The notes under the pieces are model-generated. The model did not search any database. It was not told the origin of the DNA and worked only from the letters and a program-made list of their open reading frames with translations. Of a stretch of DNA of 64,000 nucleotides, positions 18,975 to 28,956 are shown in pieces (the stretch's first letter is position 1; every line of letters starts with the position of its first letter). Location of the stretch: assembly GCA_965262725.1 (NCBI GenBank), contig OZ253555.1:1344001-1408000 (forward strand), in the 5' to 3' direction. Source of the DNA: Dehalococcoidia bacterium. GTDB taxonomy: Bacteria; Chloroflexota; Dehalococcoidia; UBA2979. The translations under genes and the position numbers were made by a program.

Positions 18975-20027
18975 CTACCGTCCAAACGTCTGGATCATCA
19001 GCTCGACGTTCTCGCGGATCCGCTCCTTCGACATCAGCGAGGAGGCGCAGTAGAAGGTCGACGTGTCGACGACGCCCTCGTAGCGCTCCGCCTGCCTGCG
19101 CACCTCGTCGGGGGTGCCGAAGATGGCGTGCTCGCGCGCGACCTCGTCGGGGACGGCCGCGATCAGGGCCTCGTCGCCGCGGCGGTTGAAGAATGCGTCC
19201 TGGATCGCGTGGCGGACGTCCTCGTAGCCCTGGGAGTCGAGCACGATCGCGTAGCTGCGGGTGGCCATGAAGCGCGCCATGTGGTGCTTCACCTCGCGCA
19301 GCGCCTGCTCCCGGTCGGCCGAGATCGCCGTGATGATCCACGCCTCGTGGTCGAAGTCGGCGCGGCTCCGCCCGCTGCGCGTGAGCCCGACATCGATCTC
19401 CGGCCACGCCGTCTCCTCAATGAAGCGGAGCGAGGCCATGGGGTGGCCACAGAGGCCCTGGCAGAGGTCGCCGGCGAGGCGGAACATCGCGCGGTTGACG
19501 GCGGCGAGGTAGATCGGTGTCTCGCGCGGCTCGCCCGGCTGCCTCGTCTCCGCGACCTCGTAGGGGCGCCCGAAGGCGAGCGCCTGGCCGCCCCCCCGGA
19601 GGCCTCCCCCCGTCAGCTCGACGTAGCGGCCGTGGTAGCCGACCTCCTCCGAGGCCGGCGTCGACCAGGCGAGGCGCATCGCGTGGATCAGCTCGCGGAT
19701 GCGGGTGGCCGGATGGTCGAACTCGCGGCCGAGCCGGTTGATGTTCCCGCGCTTCGTCCCGCCCCCGAGGCCGAGGATGAAGCGATCCTCGGAGAGCTCC
19801 TGGACGTCGGCGCAGGCGACGGCGAGAGACCGTGGATCGTGCGCGAAGGCGTGCACGACGCCGGTGCCGAACTGCGGGCGCCTGGTCGCCTGCGTCATCG
19901 CGCCGTTCAACCCGACGGAGTTGCCCGAGTTCCAGACGACGTCGAAGCCGCGCTCCTCGGCAAGCCGGGCAAGCAGCGGCTTGTCGGCGAGCGCGGTGTA
20001 TGCGAGCGATACTCCCTTGCGGTTCAT
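18975..20027 (-). CDS. LLM-class flavin/F420-dependent oxidoreductase
   Basis: AEERGFD.VW, RFILGLG, PIYLAAV, IFGTPDEV. Confidence 0.85.
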   Translation of the reverse strand: MNRKGVSLAYTALADKPLLARLAEERGFDVVWNSGNSVGLNGAMTQATRRPQFGTGVVHAFAHDPRSLAVACADVQELSEDRFILGLGGGTKRGNINRLGREFDHPATRIRELIHAMRLAWSTPASEEVGYHGRYVELTGGGLRGGGQALAFGRPYEVAETRQPGEPRETPIYLAAVNRAMFRLAGDLCQGLCGHPMASLRFIEETAWPEIDVGLTRSGRSRADFDHEAWIITAISADREQALREVKHHMARFMATRSYAIVLDSQGYEDVRHAIQDAFFNRRGDEALIAAVPDEVAREHAIFGTPDEVRRQAERYEGVVDTSTFYCASSLMSKERIRENVELMIQTFGR

Positions 20028-20185
20028 GCGGGCTCCTTCTGCGCGCGTCGAGCGAACCTCGACGCTGCTCGCCGCACTCTACGCCCCGGGGCCGAGGCGG
20101 GGCGAGGGGACTCGACCGGGTGCGCAGCGTCGCGCTACAACGCGGCGTGAGGCGGGGTCCGTGCGGCGGGGGATCGGGACGCACG

Positions 20186-21634
20186 ATGATGAGCGAAGCG
20201 ACCGCGCATCAGCCGGGGACGGGCGGGACGGTGGGGGCGTCGCTCGATCTCCTCATCCGCGGCGGCCTCGTGATCACCATGAACCCCCGACGCGAGGTCT
20301 ACGCCTCGGGCTACGTGGCCGTGACGGGCGGCCGCATCGTCGCGGTCGGCCGCGACGAGGAGTGTCCCTACGGACCGGAAGCCGCCGCGGAGCTTCTCGA
20401 CGCGCGCGATCGCGTCGTGCTGCCCGGCTTCGTCAACGCCCACGACCACCTGCTGGGGGCCTTCGCGCGCGGCCTGGGCGCCGACCGCGCGGTCGCGGTC
20501 GCGGTGTCGGACGCCGGCGAGCGCGTCGGCGCGCGCATCCGCGGGGCGCTCGACGAGGAGGCGGCGTACGCCGCCGCCCGGCTCTCGCTCCTGGAGTTGC
20601 AGCGCTCGGGCGTCACGACTACTGCCGACAGCCAGCCCGCGCTCGCCGGACGGGAAGACAACGCGGACGGCACGCTGCGCGCGATCCACGACTCCGGGGT
20701 CCGAGCGCTCTGGACGCGCGCCTCCCTGAACAGGACGGGATACGTCTCTCAGGAGCAGCACGACTCGCTCGAGCGGGCGCTGCCGGAGCTCGACCGCCTC
20801 GCCGATCGCTGGTCGTCGGAGCGCGTGGAGGTCGGCGCCGAGGCGCAGGCGCTCCACCGCGTCGAGGAGGATCTGCTGCGCGGCCTCGCCGGGTGGGCGG
20901 CGCGGCGCGGCGCGCACTTCGCGATGCACCTCTCCTACAGCGAGCAGGCGGCGGCGCACGCTGTCGAGCGCTTCGGCCGACCGCTGATGCTGCTGCTCGA
21001 GGAATGGGGCGTGCTCGGCCCGCGCTTCCTCGGGTACCACCCCGTGTGGCTCTCCGAGGAGGAGATCGCCGCCGCGGCCGCGTCGGGCGCGGGACTCGCC
21101 TACTGCCCCGTCGACAACATGCTGATCGCGTGCGGCGTCGCGCCCGTCGAGTCACTGCTACGCGCCGGCTGCCGCCTCGGGCTCGGCGTCGACCAGCCGA
21201 ACGACGGGCACAGCTTCTTCGAGCTGATGAAGCTCGCCATCCTGCTCCAGCGGGTCACGCATCTCGACGCGTCGCTCGGGTCTCCCGAGCAGGCGCTCGA
21301 ACTCGCCACGATCGGGGGAGCGCGCGCCCTCCACCGCGAGCACGACGTGGGCTCACTCGAGGCGGGGAAGGCCGCCGATCTGCTCGTGCTCGACGGTCGA
21401 GGCCCGGCGCTCGCACCCTTCCCGGGTCGGATATCGAATGTGGTCTACGCCGCGAGCCCGGCTGACGTGGAGCATGTCTTCGTCGCCGGCGAGGCCGTCG
21501 TCCGTGACGGACGCCACGCCCGCTGGGACGAGGAGGAGGTCGTGCGCGACGCGCACCGCGCGATGCGGGCGACGCTCCACAGGGCGAGCCTGCCGGAGGA
21601 TCTCGGACCGCACACGAGCTGGCCGGTCTCCTGA
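20186..21634 (+). CDS. Amidohydrolase (Atz/Trz, MTA/SAH deaminase-like)
   Basis: LPGFVNAHDH, AMH, YHPVW, GLGVD, GSLEAGKAADL. Confidence 0.88.
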   Translation: MMSEATAHQPGTGGTVGASLDLLIRGGLVITMNPRREVYASGYVAVTGGRIVAVGRDEECPYGPEAAAELLDARDRVVLPGFVNAHDHLLGAFARGLGADRAVAVAVSDAGERVGARIRGALDEEAAYAAARLSLLELQRSGVTTTADSQPALAGREDNADGTLRAIHDSGVRALWTRASLNRTGYVSQEQHDSLERALPELDRLADRWSSERVEVGAEAQALHRVEEDLLRGLAGWAARRGAHFAMHLSYSEQAAAHAVERFGRPLMLLLEEWGVLGPRFLGYHPVWLSEEEIAAAAASGAGLAYCPVDNMLIACGVAPVESLLRAGCRLGLGVDQPNDGHSFFELMKLAILLQRVTHLDASLGSPEQALELATIGGARALHREHDVGSLEAGKAADLLVLDGRGPALAPFPGRISNVVYAASPADVEHVFVAGEAVVRDGRHARWDEEEVVRDAHRAMRATLHRASLPEDLGPHTSWPVS

Positions 21635-21680
21635 GCGGAGCTCCCCGGGCCCAGGCGGACCCGCGCCAAGGCGCCGGGCG

Positions 21681-22274
21681 TCACGGCGAAGGCGGTGCCG
21701 CCGGCTCGTCCGCGCCGGTCGTGCCGGTGCGGTAGTTCCGGCCGCGGTAGTTCTCCGGATTCGCGAAGTCCGTGAGCACCAGCACCTCCCGGTAGAGCTC
21801 GAGGAAACCCTCGGCTCGCAGCCGCCGCGGCGTGATCTCGATCACGTAGCGCTCGTAGTCAGCGTCCACCGGCTGGACGCCCCGCGCAGCGGCGCGGCGC
21901 GCGAGGAAGGCCTCGACGCGCTCCCGGTCGCGCACCAGCTCCACGTCGCCCTGGATCCAGACGTTGCGGACGGCCCCACGCGGCCCGATCGTGGTGCCGG
22001 AGACGTCCACCCAGTGCATCGTGGCGCGGGGGTTCGAGGTGAGGTGGCGCATCTTGAGGTCGCCCTCGCGGATGCGCCCGATCGTTCCGAGCCGCCATCC
22101 GCGCTCGTCGCGCTCCACGAAGCAGCCGACCTGCCGGATGTAGGCGTCGCCGCGCGCGTTCGTGGTCGTGAGGAAGATGGTGACACCGGGGACGCGCCCC
22201 TCGATGAAGTCAAGCACCGCCTGCATCGTCGCGTCGATTGCGCCCTCCCCCGAGTTGCTGCTCAGGGCGCTCAC
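21681..22274 (-). CDS. PNPOx/split-barrel-like hypothetical protein (divergent paralogue 2)
   Basis: FLTTTNARG, KMRHLTSNPRA, VWIQGDVELVRD, RRLRAEGF; start uncertain (22274 GTG or 22226 ATG). Confidence 0.65.
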   Translation of the reverse strand: MSALSSNSGEGAIDATMQAVLDFIEGRVPGVTIFLTTTNARGDAYIRQVGCFVERDERGWRLGTIGRIREGDLKMRHLTSNPRATMHWVDVSGTTIGPRGAVRNVWIQGDVELVRDRERVEAFLARRAAARGVQPVDADYERYVIEITPRRLRAEGFLELYREVLVLTDFANPENYRGRNYRTGTTGADEPAAPPSP

Positions 22275-22394
22275 CCTACACGCCGCAGGCACCCGCGTGG
22301 TGCGGGCGGCGCTGCGCTATCATCGCTCCGCGCGACAGCGGAGGACCGGGCCCACCATAACGGCGCGGGGCCGCTGGGGAACGTGGGGTCTGCC

Positions 22395-23570
22395 ATGGAG
22401 TTCGGGTGGAGTGACGAGGAGCGGGCGTTTCGCGCGGAGGTGCGCGCCTTCCTCAGGGAGCACTGGGACGCGAAGCCCCTGCACGAATTCGGGACCGACG
22501 ACCACAAGGCGCGCGAGTACGTGCGCGCCTTCAAGAGAACGCTCGCCGAGCACGGCTGGCTGACGATGGCGTGGCCGAAGGAGTACGGCGGGCAGGGTGC
22601 CTCGTTCGTGCGGCAGATGATCTTCAAGGAGGAGAGCGCGATCCAGAAGGCGCCCACCTCGGGCGGCGCGGAGGACATCCTCGCGCCGGCGTTGATGATC
22701 CACGGCACCGAGGATCAGAAGCGCGAGTACCTCACGCCGATCGCGCGCGGCGAGGTGCTGTGGTCTCAGGGCTACTCGGAGCCGGGAGCCGGCTCCGACC
22801 TCGCCTCGCTCCAGACGCGGGCCACCCGCGACGGGGACGAGTACATCGTGAACGGGCAGAAGGTGTGGAACGGCTCCCATCGTGGCGACTGGATCCACAC
22901 GCTCGTCCGCACCGACCCCGCCGCGCCGAAGCACCGCGGCATCAGCTACGTGATGATCAACCTGCGCCAGCCCGGCGTCTCGATCCGTCCGATCTGGCAG
23001 ATGCACGACACCGGGCGCTTCAACGAGGTCTTCTTCGAGGACGTGCGCATCCCGGTGAGCGCTCGCATCGGCGAGGAGAACCGCGGCTGGTACACCGCGA
23101 TGACTGCGCTGGACTTCGAGCGATCCGGGATCCACCTGATCATCGGCGTCCAGGGGGGCTTCGAGCGCTTCGTGGAGCACGCGCGCTCCTCGGGCTCCGC
23201 CGCCGAAGGGGGGCGCCTGATCGACCGCGGCGCCGTGGCCCGGACCGTCGCCGACACGCACATCGAGCTCGAGGTCGCGCGCCTGCTCTCCTACCGGATC
23301 ACGTCGATGCAGGCGCGGGGCCTCGTCCCGAACCACGAGGCGTCGGTGGCGAAGACCTTCGGGACGGAGCTGACGCAGCGGCAGGCGCGGCGCGCGATCA
23401 ACGCGCTCGGCCTCCCGGGCACGCTCCGCGAGCACTCGCCCTACGCCGTCGGCGAAGGCGCGTTCTGTGAGGTGTACATGTCGAGCGTGTCGGCGACGAT
23501 CGCCGGTGGGACCAGCGAGATCCAGCGCGGCGTGATCGCCACGCGCGGCCTGGGCCTTCCGCGGGCGTAG
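22395..23570 (+). CDS. Acyl-CoA dehydrogenase
   Basis: QGYSEPGAGSDLASL, GGTSEIQRGVIA. Confidence 0.95.
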   Translation: MEFGWSDEERAFRAEVRAFLREHWDAKPLHEFGTDDHKAREYVRAFKRTLAEHGWLTMAWPKEYGGQGASFVRQMIFKEESAIQKAPTSGGAEDILAPALMIHGTEDQKREYLTPIARGEVLWSQGYSEPGAGSDLASLQTRATRDGDEYIVNGQKVWNGSHRGDWIHTLVRTDPAAPKHRGISYVMINLRQPGVSIRPIWQMHDTGRFNEVFFEDVRIPVSARIGEENRGWYTAMTALDFERSGIHLIIGVQGGFERFVEHARSSGSAAEGGRLIDRGAVARTVADTHIELEVARLLSYRITSMQARGLVPNHEASVAKTFGTELTQRQARRAINALGLPGTLREHSPYAVGEGAFCEVYMSSVSATIAGGTSEIQRGVIATRGLGLPRA

Positions 23571-23713
23571 CCCTCAGGCGCCGCCGCGAGCGCCCCGTGT
23601 CCACGGGCGCGCGTGGCGCCGCCAGGCCGTCGCATGGCGGTCTGACGGCCTCCGGTCTGGCGCGCTACTATCTGGTCCGCACGGGACATGCGACGCATCG
23701 GGAGGTCGTGAAC

Positions 23714-24223
23714 ATGACGACGCAGTGGGATCGCGAGAAGGGTGTCTCCCGGGCGGAAGCCGAGGCGCTCCGCGAGGCGATCCACGACTTCATTTCGGAT
23801 CCGTCGCAACACATCGCGTACTTAATGACGCGCCGCCGCGACGGCCGCGAGATCATGCGGCCCGTGTCGACCTTCGTCGAGAACTGGCGCGTCGAGACGA
23901 TGACGCAGGACGTCCAACCGAAGACCGAGCACGTCCGTCGCGACCCGATCGTCGGCTACCTCTGGGTCGGCCACGAGGACCGCGTGGAGGATCGATTCCC
24001 GCGCTGGAACCCGCCGGTGGTCTGGATGCAGGGGCGAGCCGAGCTGGTCACCGATCAGGCCGAGGTCGAGGCGTTCTACGCGCGCCGCATGGAGAAGGCG
24101 GGCCGCGGCCGGAACCACCCGCCGGAGGACACGCTCTACATAATTCGGACCGAGCCGGAGTACCTCCGCGCGGAGGGATGGATCGGCCAGCGCGCGATCG
24201 TCTACCGGGACTTCCCGTCCTAG
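23714..24223 (+). CDS. PNPOx/split-barrel-like hypothetical protein (paralogue 3)
   Basis: RBS GGAGG, upstream TACTAT; YLMTRRRDG..RPV, KTEHVRRDP.V, YLRAEGW. Confidence 0.72.
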   Translation: MTTQWDREKGVSRAEAEALREAIHDFISDPSQHIAYLMTRRRDGREIMRPVSTFVENWRVETMTQDVQPKTEHVRRDPIVGYLWVGHEDRVEDRFPRWNPPVVWMQGRAELVTDQAEVEAFYARRMEKAGRGRNHPPEDTLYIIRTEPEYLRAEGWIGQRAIVYRDFPS

Positions 24224-24320
24224 CCGGCCCGGCCGCGCCGGCGGCCTCATCCATCCGGCCACGACGCGAGCGATGCGACGGATGCGCTCGGATGCGGGGC
24301 GCGGGAAGGGAGCGACGCTG

Positions 24321-24872
24321 ATGACCAACTACGACGAGCGGGCGGGCATCGAGGTCCGGTCCAACTGGGACCGCGAGCGGGGCCTGACGGCCGAGCAGGC
24401 GGAGGGCTTCCGCGCCGAGATCCTCGACTTCATCTCCGATGCCGACCAGCACATGGCGTACCTGATGACGCGCCGCCGCGACGGGCGCGAGATCATGCGG
24501 CCGGTCTCGACCTTCGTGGAGAACTGGGTCGTCGGCACGATGACGCAGGACGTCCAGCCCAAGACCGAGCACGTCCGCCGCGACCCGATCGTGGGCTACC
24601 TCTGGGTAGGGCGCGCCGAGCGCGACGAGTACATCGGGGACCGCTGGAACCCGAAGTGCGTCTGGATGCAGGGGCGCGCCGAGCTCGTGACGGACCAGTC
24701 GGAGGTCGACGCCTTCTACGCCCGCCGCGAGAAGGTGCTGGGGGGCGGCCGGATGCACCCGCCGGAGGAGACGCTCTACCTGATCCGCACCACGCCCGAG
24801 TACGTCCGCGCCGAGGGCTGGGCGGGGATGCACGGCATCGTCTACCGCGACTTCCCGGAGATTGCGGACTAG
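24321..24872 (+). CDS. PNPOx/split-barrel-like hypothetical protein (paralogue 4, tandem duplicate of 3)
   Basis: Core nearly identical to 23714-24223. Confidence 0.72.
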   Translation: MTNYDERAGIEVRSNWDRERGLTAEQAEGFRAEILDFISDADQHMAYLMTRRRDGREIMRPVSTFVENWVVGTMTQDVQPKTEHVRRDPIVGYLWVGRAERDEYIGDRWNPKCVWMQGRAELVTDQSEVDAFYARREKVLGGGRMHPPEETLYLIRTTPEYVRAEGWAGMHGIVYRDFPEIAD

Positions 24873-25030
24873 GAGTCCGGCTCCCGCTCACCGCGACAGG
24901 ATCCTCGCCGGTCCCTTCCGGGTCCTAGGCGAGGGGCGGGTCCAGCACGGCCGTTTGCTAGACTCGGTCGTCGGCTGAGACGGGCCGTCGTCCGCCCCGC
25001 CGCACGGCCGCACTGCCGACGGGGGTGCCG

Positions 25031-26233
25031 ATGTCCGCGCTCGAGCCCATGCGCGTGCTGGAGCTCTCGCAGTACGAGGCCGGGCCGACCTGCGGCCAGC
25101 TGCTGGCGTGGCTCGGCGCGGACGTCGTCAAGGTGGAGCCCCCCCGCGGCGAGGCCGGTCGGCACGTGCTCGGCGACGGAACCTACGATTCGCAGTACTT
25201 CCTCAACTACAACGCCAACAAGCGGGGCATCGCGCTCGACCTGGAGGAGGCTCGCGGCCGCGATCTCTTCCTGGCTCTCCTGCCGCGCTTCGACGTGGTC
25301 GTCGAGAACTATGCACCGGGCGTCATGGAGCGGCTCGGCCTCGACTACGCGGTGCTGTGTGCCGCCAACCCGCGCATCGTGCTCGCGCGCATCAAGGGGT
25401 ATGGCCTGAGCGGGCCCTACGCCGGCTACAAGTCCTACGACCCGCTCGCGCAGGCGGCGGGCGGGATCTTCTCGCTCACCGGCGAGCAGGATGGGCCGCC
25501 CCTGCGCTCGGGAGGCACGTTCGCGGACACGGGAACCGGCATGGTGGCGGCGCTCGCAGTGACCGCGGCCTACGTGCAGCGGGAGAGGACGGGCCGCGGA
25601 CAGGAGATCGAGCTCTCGATGCAGGAGGTGGTGACGATGTTCGTCCGCACCGTCGGCGTGCTGGACGGCACGTGGCCGCACGGCGTGGCGCCGCGGCGCG
25701 GCCGCGGTGCCGGCGCCCCCTCCGACATGTTCGCGTGCGCGCCGGGCGGGGCGAACGACTACGTCTACACGCTGGTCGGGACGCAGCGGATGTGGGACGC
25801 CCTCTGCACGGCGATGGATCGTCTCGATCTCCTCACGGACCCGCGGTTCTCCACCGTGGAGGCCAGGCGCCTCCACCGCGAGGAGCTGCACGGGGAGATC
25901 GAGAGCTGGACCGGCGAGCGTTCCAAGCAGGAGGTCATGCGCGTCCTCGGCGAGGCCGGCGTGCCGTGCAGCGCCGTGTTCGACACGCGCGACCTCTTCC
26001 GCGACCCTCATCTCCGCGCGCGGGGCTTTGTGCGGCGCATCGAGCAGCCGTCGGAGGACGGCGCCGTCGAGGAGCGCACGCTGCTCGGCCCGCCGATGCG
26101 GCTCTCCGACTCGGAGGTGCCGCTTCAGCCGGCTCCCCGGCTCGGCGAGCACACGGCGGCGGTGCTTGCCGGCGAGCTCGGTCTCGACGGTGTCGCCATC
26201 GAGGAACTGCGTGCGGAGGGCGTGATCGCATGA
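25031..26233 (+). CDS. Family III CoA-transferase, formyl-CoA transferase-like
   Basis: EAGPTC..LAWLGADV, NANKR, ARIKGYG, FADTGTG; overlaps the TPP-lyase start; extended -10 TGCTAGACT at 24956. Confidence 0.9.
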   Translation: MSALEPMRVLELSQYEAGPTCGQLLAWLGADVVKVEPPRGEAGRHVLGDGTYDSQYFLNYNANKRGIALDLEEARGRDLFLALLPRFDVVVENYAPGVMERLGLDYAVLCAANPRIVLARIKGYGLSGPYAGYKSYDPLAQAAGGIFSLTGEQDGPPLRSGGTFADTGTGMVAALAVTAAYVQRERTGRGQEIELSMQEVVTMFVRTVGVLDGTWPHGVAPRRGRGAGAPSDMFACAPGGANDYVYTLVGTQRMWDALCTAMDRLDLLTDPRFSTVEARRLHREELHGEIESWTGERSKQEVMRVLGEAGVPCSAVFDTRDLFRDPHLRARGFVRRIEQPSEDGAVEERTLLGPPMRLSDSEVPLQPAPRLGEHTAAVLAGELGLDGVAIEELRAEGVIA

Positions 26234-27948
26234 GCAGCGAGGGCGGCGGGATCGGCGGCGCCGAGCTCGTTGCGCGGAGCCTGCGCCAGCAGGGCGTGAC
26301 GCTGATCTTCGGCGTCGTCGGCGTCCCCGTCACGCCGATAGCGGAGGCCGCCCAGCGTCTCGGCATCCGCTACATCGGGATGCGCAACGAGCAGGCGGCC
26401 TCCTACGCGGCGCAGGCGGCCGGGTACCTGACCGGGCGGCCGCAGGTCTGCCTCGCCGTGTCGGGGCCCGGCGTGGTGCATGCTCTCGCCGGTCTCGCGA
26501 ACGCGCAGGCGAACTGCTGGCCGATGCTGCTCATCGGCGGCGCGTCGCCCGGCTACCAGGAGGGGATGGGCGCCTTCCAGGAGGAGCGCCAGATCCTGGC
26601 GACGACGCCCTTCACCAAGCTCTCGCGGCGGGTGGAGCGCACCGAGCGGATCCCCTTCTTCGTGGAGCAGGCAGTCCGCACGGCGCTCTTCGGCCGTCCT
26701 GGTCCCACCTACCTCGAGCTGCCGGAGGAGGTGATCGAGGGGCGCGTCGACGAGGGCGCGGTGCCGGAGGCCCCGACGGTCCCCGAGCCACCGCGCTCCG
26801 AGGCGCCGGCCGACGCGATCGAGGCGGCGCTGCGCGCGCTCGCCGGCGCCGAGCGGCCGCTGGTCGTCGTCGGCAAGGGGATGGCGTGGGCGCGCGCCGA
26901 GACGGAGGTGCGTGAGTTCGTCGACCGCACGCAGCTACCCTTCCTCGCGACGCCGATGGGGAAGGGCGTGGTCCCCGACAGCCACCCGCTGTCGGTCGCC
27001 GCCGCCCGGTCCACTGCGCTGCGCGAGGCAGACGTGATTCTCCTCCTCGGCGCGCGACTGAACTGGATGCTGCACTTTGGCCGGCCGCCGCGCTTCCGGC
27101 CGGACGTGCGCGTGCTGCAGCTCGACGTCGCAGCTGAGCAAATCGGTGCGAACGTGCCCGCCGAAGTCGCGCTGGTGGGGGACGGTCGCTCCGTGACGCG
27201 GCAGCTGCTCGCCGCGCTGGAGGCGCGGCCGTGGGAGTACCCCGCGGAGACGACGTGGCGCACGACGCTTCAGACGCAGGTCCAAGAGAACGCCCGGCAG
27301 GTCGAGCCGATGCTGGCGGACGACAGCTCGCCGATGAACTACTACCGCGCCTTCCGCGAGATCCGCCGGGCGATCCCGCCGGGGAGCGTGATCGTCTCCG
27401 AGGGGGCGAACACGATGGACATCGGCCGCACGCAGCTCCCGAACGAGGAGCCGCGCAGACGTCTCGACGCCGGGACGCACGGCACGATGGGAGTCGGGCT
27501 GGGGTACGCCATCGCGGCGGCCGCCGTAGATCCCGGTCGGCCGGTGGTCGCCGTGGAGGGCGACTCGGCGTTCGGATTCTCCGGGATGGAGCTCGAGACG
27601 GCGGCGCGCCACGGCCTGCCGATCACGGTCGTCGTGCTGAATAACGGTGGCATCGGGAGCGGGATGCCGACGGAGCCGCCTCCCGCCGGGATGCGCGCGC
27701 CCGGGGCGCTGTCGGCCGATGCGCGCTATGAGCTTCTTGCGGAGGCGTTTGGCGGCGCGGGCTTCCGCGTAGAGCGCCCGGACCAGCTGGGACCGGCGCT
27801 TGAGGCGGCGCTCGCGGCGGAGGGACCTGCCGTCGTCAGCGTCGTCATCGATCCGCAGGCCGGCCGCAAGCCGCAGCAGTTCCACTGGAACACGCGTCTC
27901 GAGCAGGCGCCGTCCGCCGCGACCCCGGCGGGCGGACGGGACCAGTAG
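26230..27948 (+). CDS. TPP-dependent 2-hydroxyacyl-CoA lyase / oxalyl-CoA decarboxylase
   Basis: FGVVGVPV, RNEQAASYAA, SEGANTMDIGR, EGDSAFGFSGME, C-terminal RKPQQFHW. Confidence 0.9.
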   Translation: MSSEGGGIGGAELVARSLRQQGVTLIFGVVGVPVTPIAEAAQRLGIRYIGMRNEQAASYAAQAAGYLTGRPQVCLAVSGPGVVHALAGLANAQANCWPMLLIGGASPGYQEGMGAFQEERQILATTPFTKLSRRVERTERIPFFVEQAVRTALFGRPGPTYLELPEEVIEGRVDEGAVPEAPTVPEPPRSEAPADAIEAALRALAGAERPLVVVGKGMAWARAETEVREFVDRTQLPFLATPMGKGVVPDSHPLSVAAARSTALREADVILLLGARLNWMLHFGRPPRFRPDVRVLQLDVAAEQIGANVPAEVALVGDGRSVTRQLLAALEARPWEYPAETTWRTTLQTQVQENARQVEPMLADDSSPMNYYRAFREIRRAIPPGSVIVSEGANTMDIGRTQLPNEEPRRRLDAGTHGTMGVGLGYAIAAAAVDPGRPVVAVEGDSAFGFSGMELETAARHGLPITVVVLNNGGIGSGMPTEPPPAGMRAPGALSADARYELLAEAFGGAGFRVERPDQLGPALEAALAAEGPAVVSVVIDPQAGRKPQQFHWNTRLEQAPSAATPAGGRDQ

Positions 27949-28000
27949 GCGCCTGCACCGAGCGGCACGCGGCCGGCACGGGCACCGGGGGAGGTCGACG

Positions 28001-28942
28001 ATGCAGGAGATACGGAACGGACCCGAGGTGGCGACCCGCCGGGCGGGCGCGACAAGCCGGGCGCATGCGCGGGCCGAGCTTGCGGGCCGAGTGCGCGACC
28101 GCGAGTTCACATCGGCGCCCGGCGTCTTCGACCTGATATCGGCGCGCATCGCCGACGGATACGGCTTCCCGGCTCTCTACATGACGGGCTACGGCGCCGT
28201 CGCTTCACATCTGGGTCTGCCGGACGCGGGGCTCGCGACGTACACCGAGATGGTGGATAGCGTCTCGCGGATCTGCTCCGTGACCGCCACGCCGCTCATT
28301 GCCGACGCCGATACCGGTTACGGCGGCCTCCTCAACGTGCAGCACACGGTGCGCGGCTACGAGACGGCGGGGGCGGCGGCGATCCAGCTCGAGGATCAGC
28401 AGTTCCCGAAGAAGTGCGGCCACACGCCCGGGACAAGGCCGGTGATCCCGATCGACGAGGCGGTGGCAAAGATCGCCGTCGCCGTCGAATCGCGTGAGTC
28501 TGAGGACTTCCTCGTTGTCGCGCGCACCGATGCACGCTCCGACCACGGTCTCGACGAGGCGCTGCGCCGCGCGGAGGCCTTCGCGCGGGCGGGAGCCGAC
28601 GTGCTGTTCGTGGAGGGCCCGCGCTCCCTTGAAGAGATGCGGACGATCGGCCGCTCCCTCGACCAGCCGCTCATGGCGAACATGGTGGACGGCGGGCGCA
28701 CGCCGGTGCTCTCGGCTGAGGAGCTGCGCCAGGTGGGGTACACACTCGCCATCTTCCCCGCGACCGGGTTCCTCGCGGTGGGAGCGGCGCTGCGCTCGGT
28801 CTACGCGCACATCGCCGAGCGCGGGTCGAGCGCCGGGCTCGCGCAGCCGCTCCACGACTTCGACTCCTTCAGCGAGCTGATGGGCTTCCCCGAGGTGTGG
28901 GAGTTCGAGAAGCGCTGGGCGAACCGTGTAGGGAAGCGCTGA
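28001..28942 (+). CDS. Isocitrate lyase/PEP mutase family lyase (2,3-dimethylmalate lyase/oxaloacetate hydrolase-like)
   Basis: LYMTGYG, IADADTGYG, EDQQFPKKCGH, ARTDA. Confidence 0.9.
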   Translation: MQEIRNGPEVATRRAGATSRAHARAELAGRVRDREFTSAPGVFDLISARIADGYGFPALYMTGYGAVASHLGLPDAGLATYTEMVDSVSRICSVTATPLIADADTGYGGLLNVQHTVRGYETAGAAAIQLEDQQFPKKCGHTPGTRPVIPIDEAVAKIAVAVESRESEDFLVVARTDARSDHGLDEALRRAEAFARAGADVLFVEGPRSLEEMRTIGRSLDQPLMANMVDGGRTPVLSAEELRQVGYTLAIFPATGFLAVGAALRSVYAHIAERGSSAGLAQPLHDFDSFSELMGFPEVWEFEKRWANRVGKR

Positions 28943-28956
28943 GGGGAAGGCTCGCG

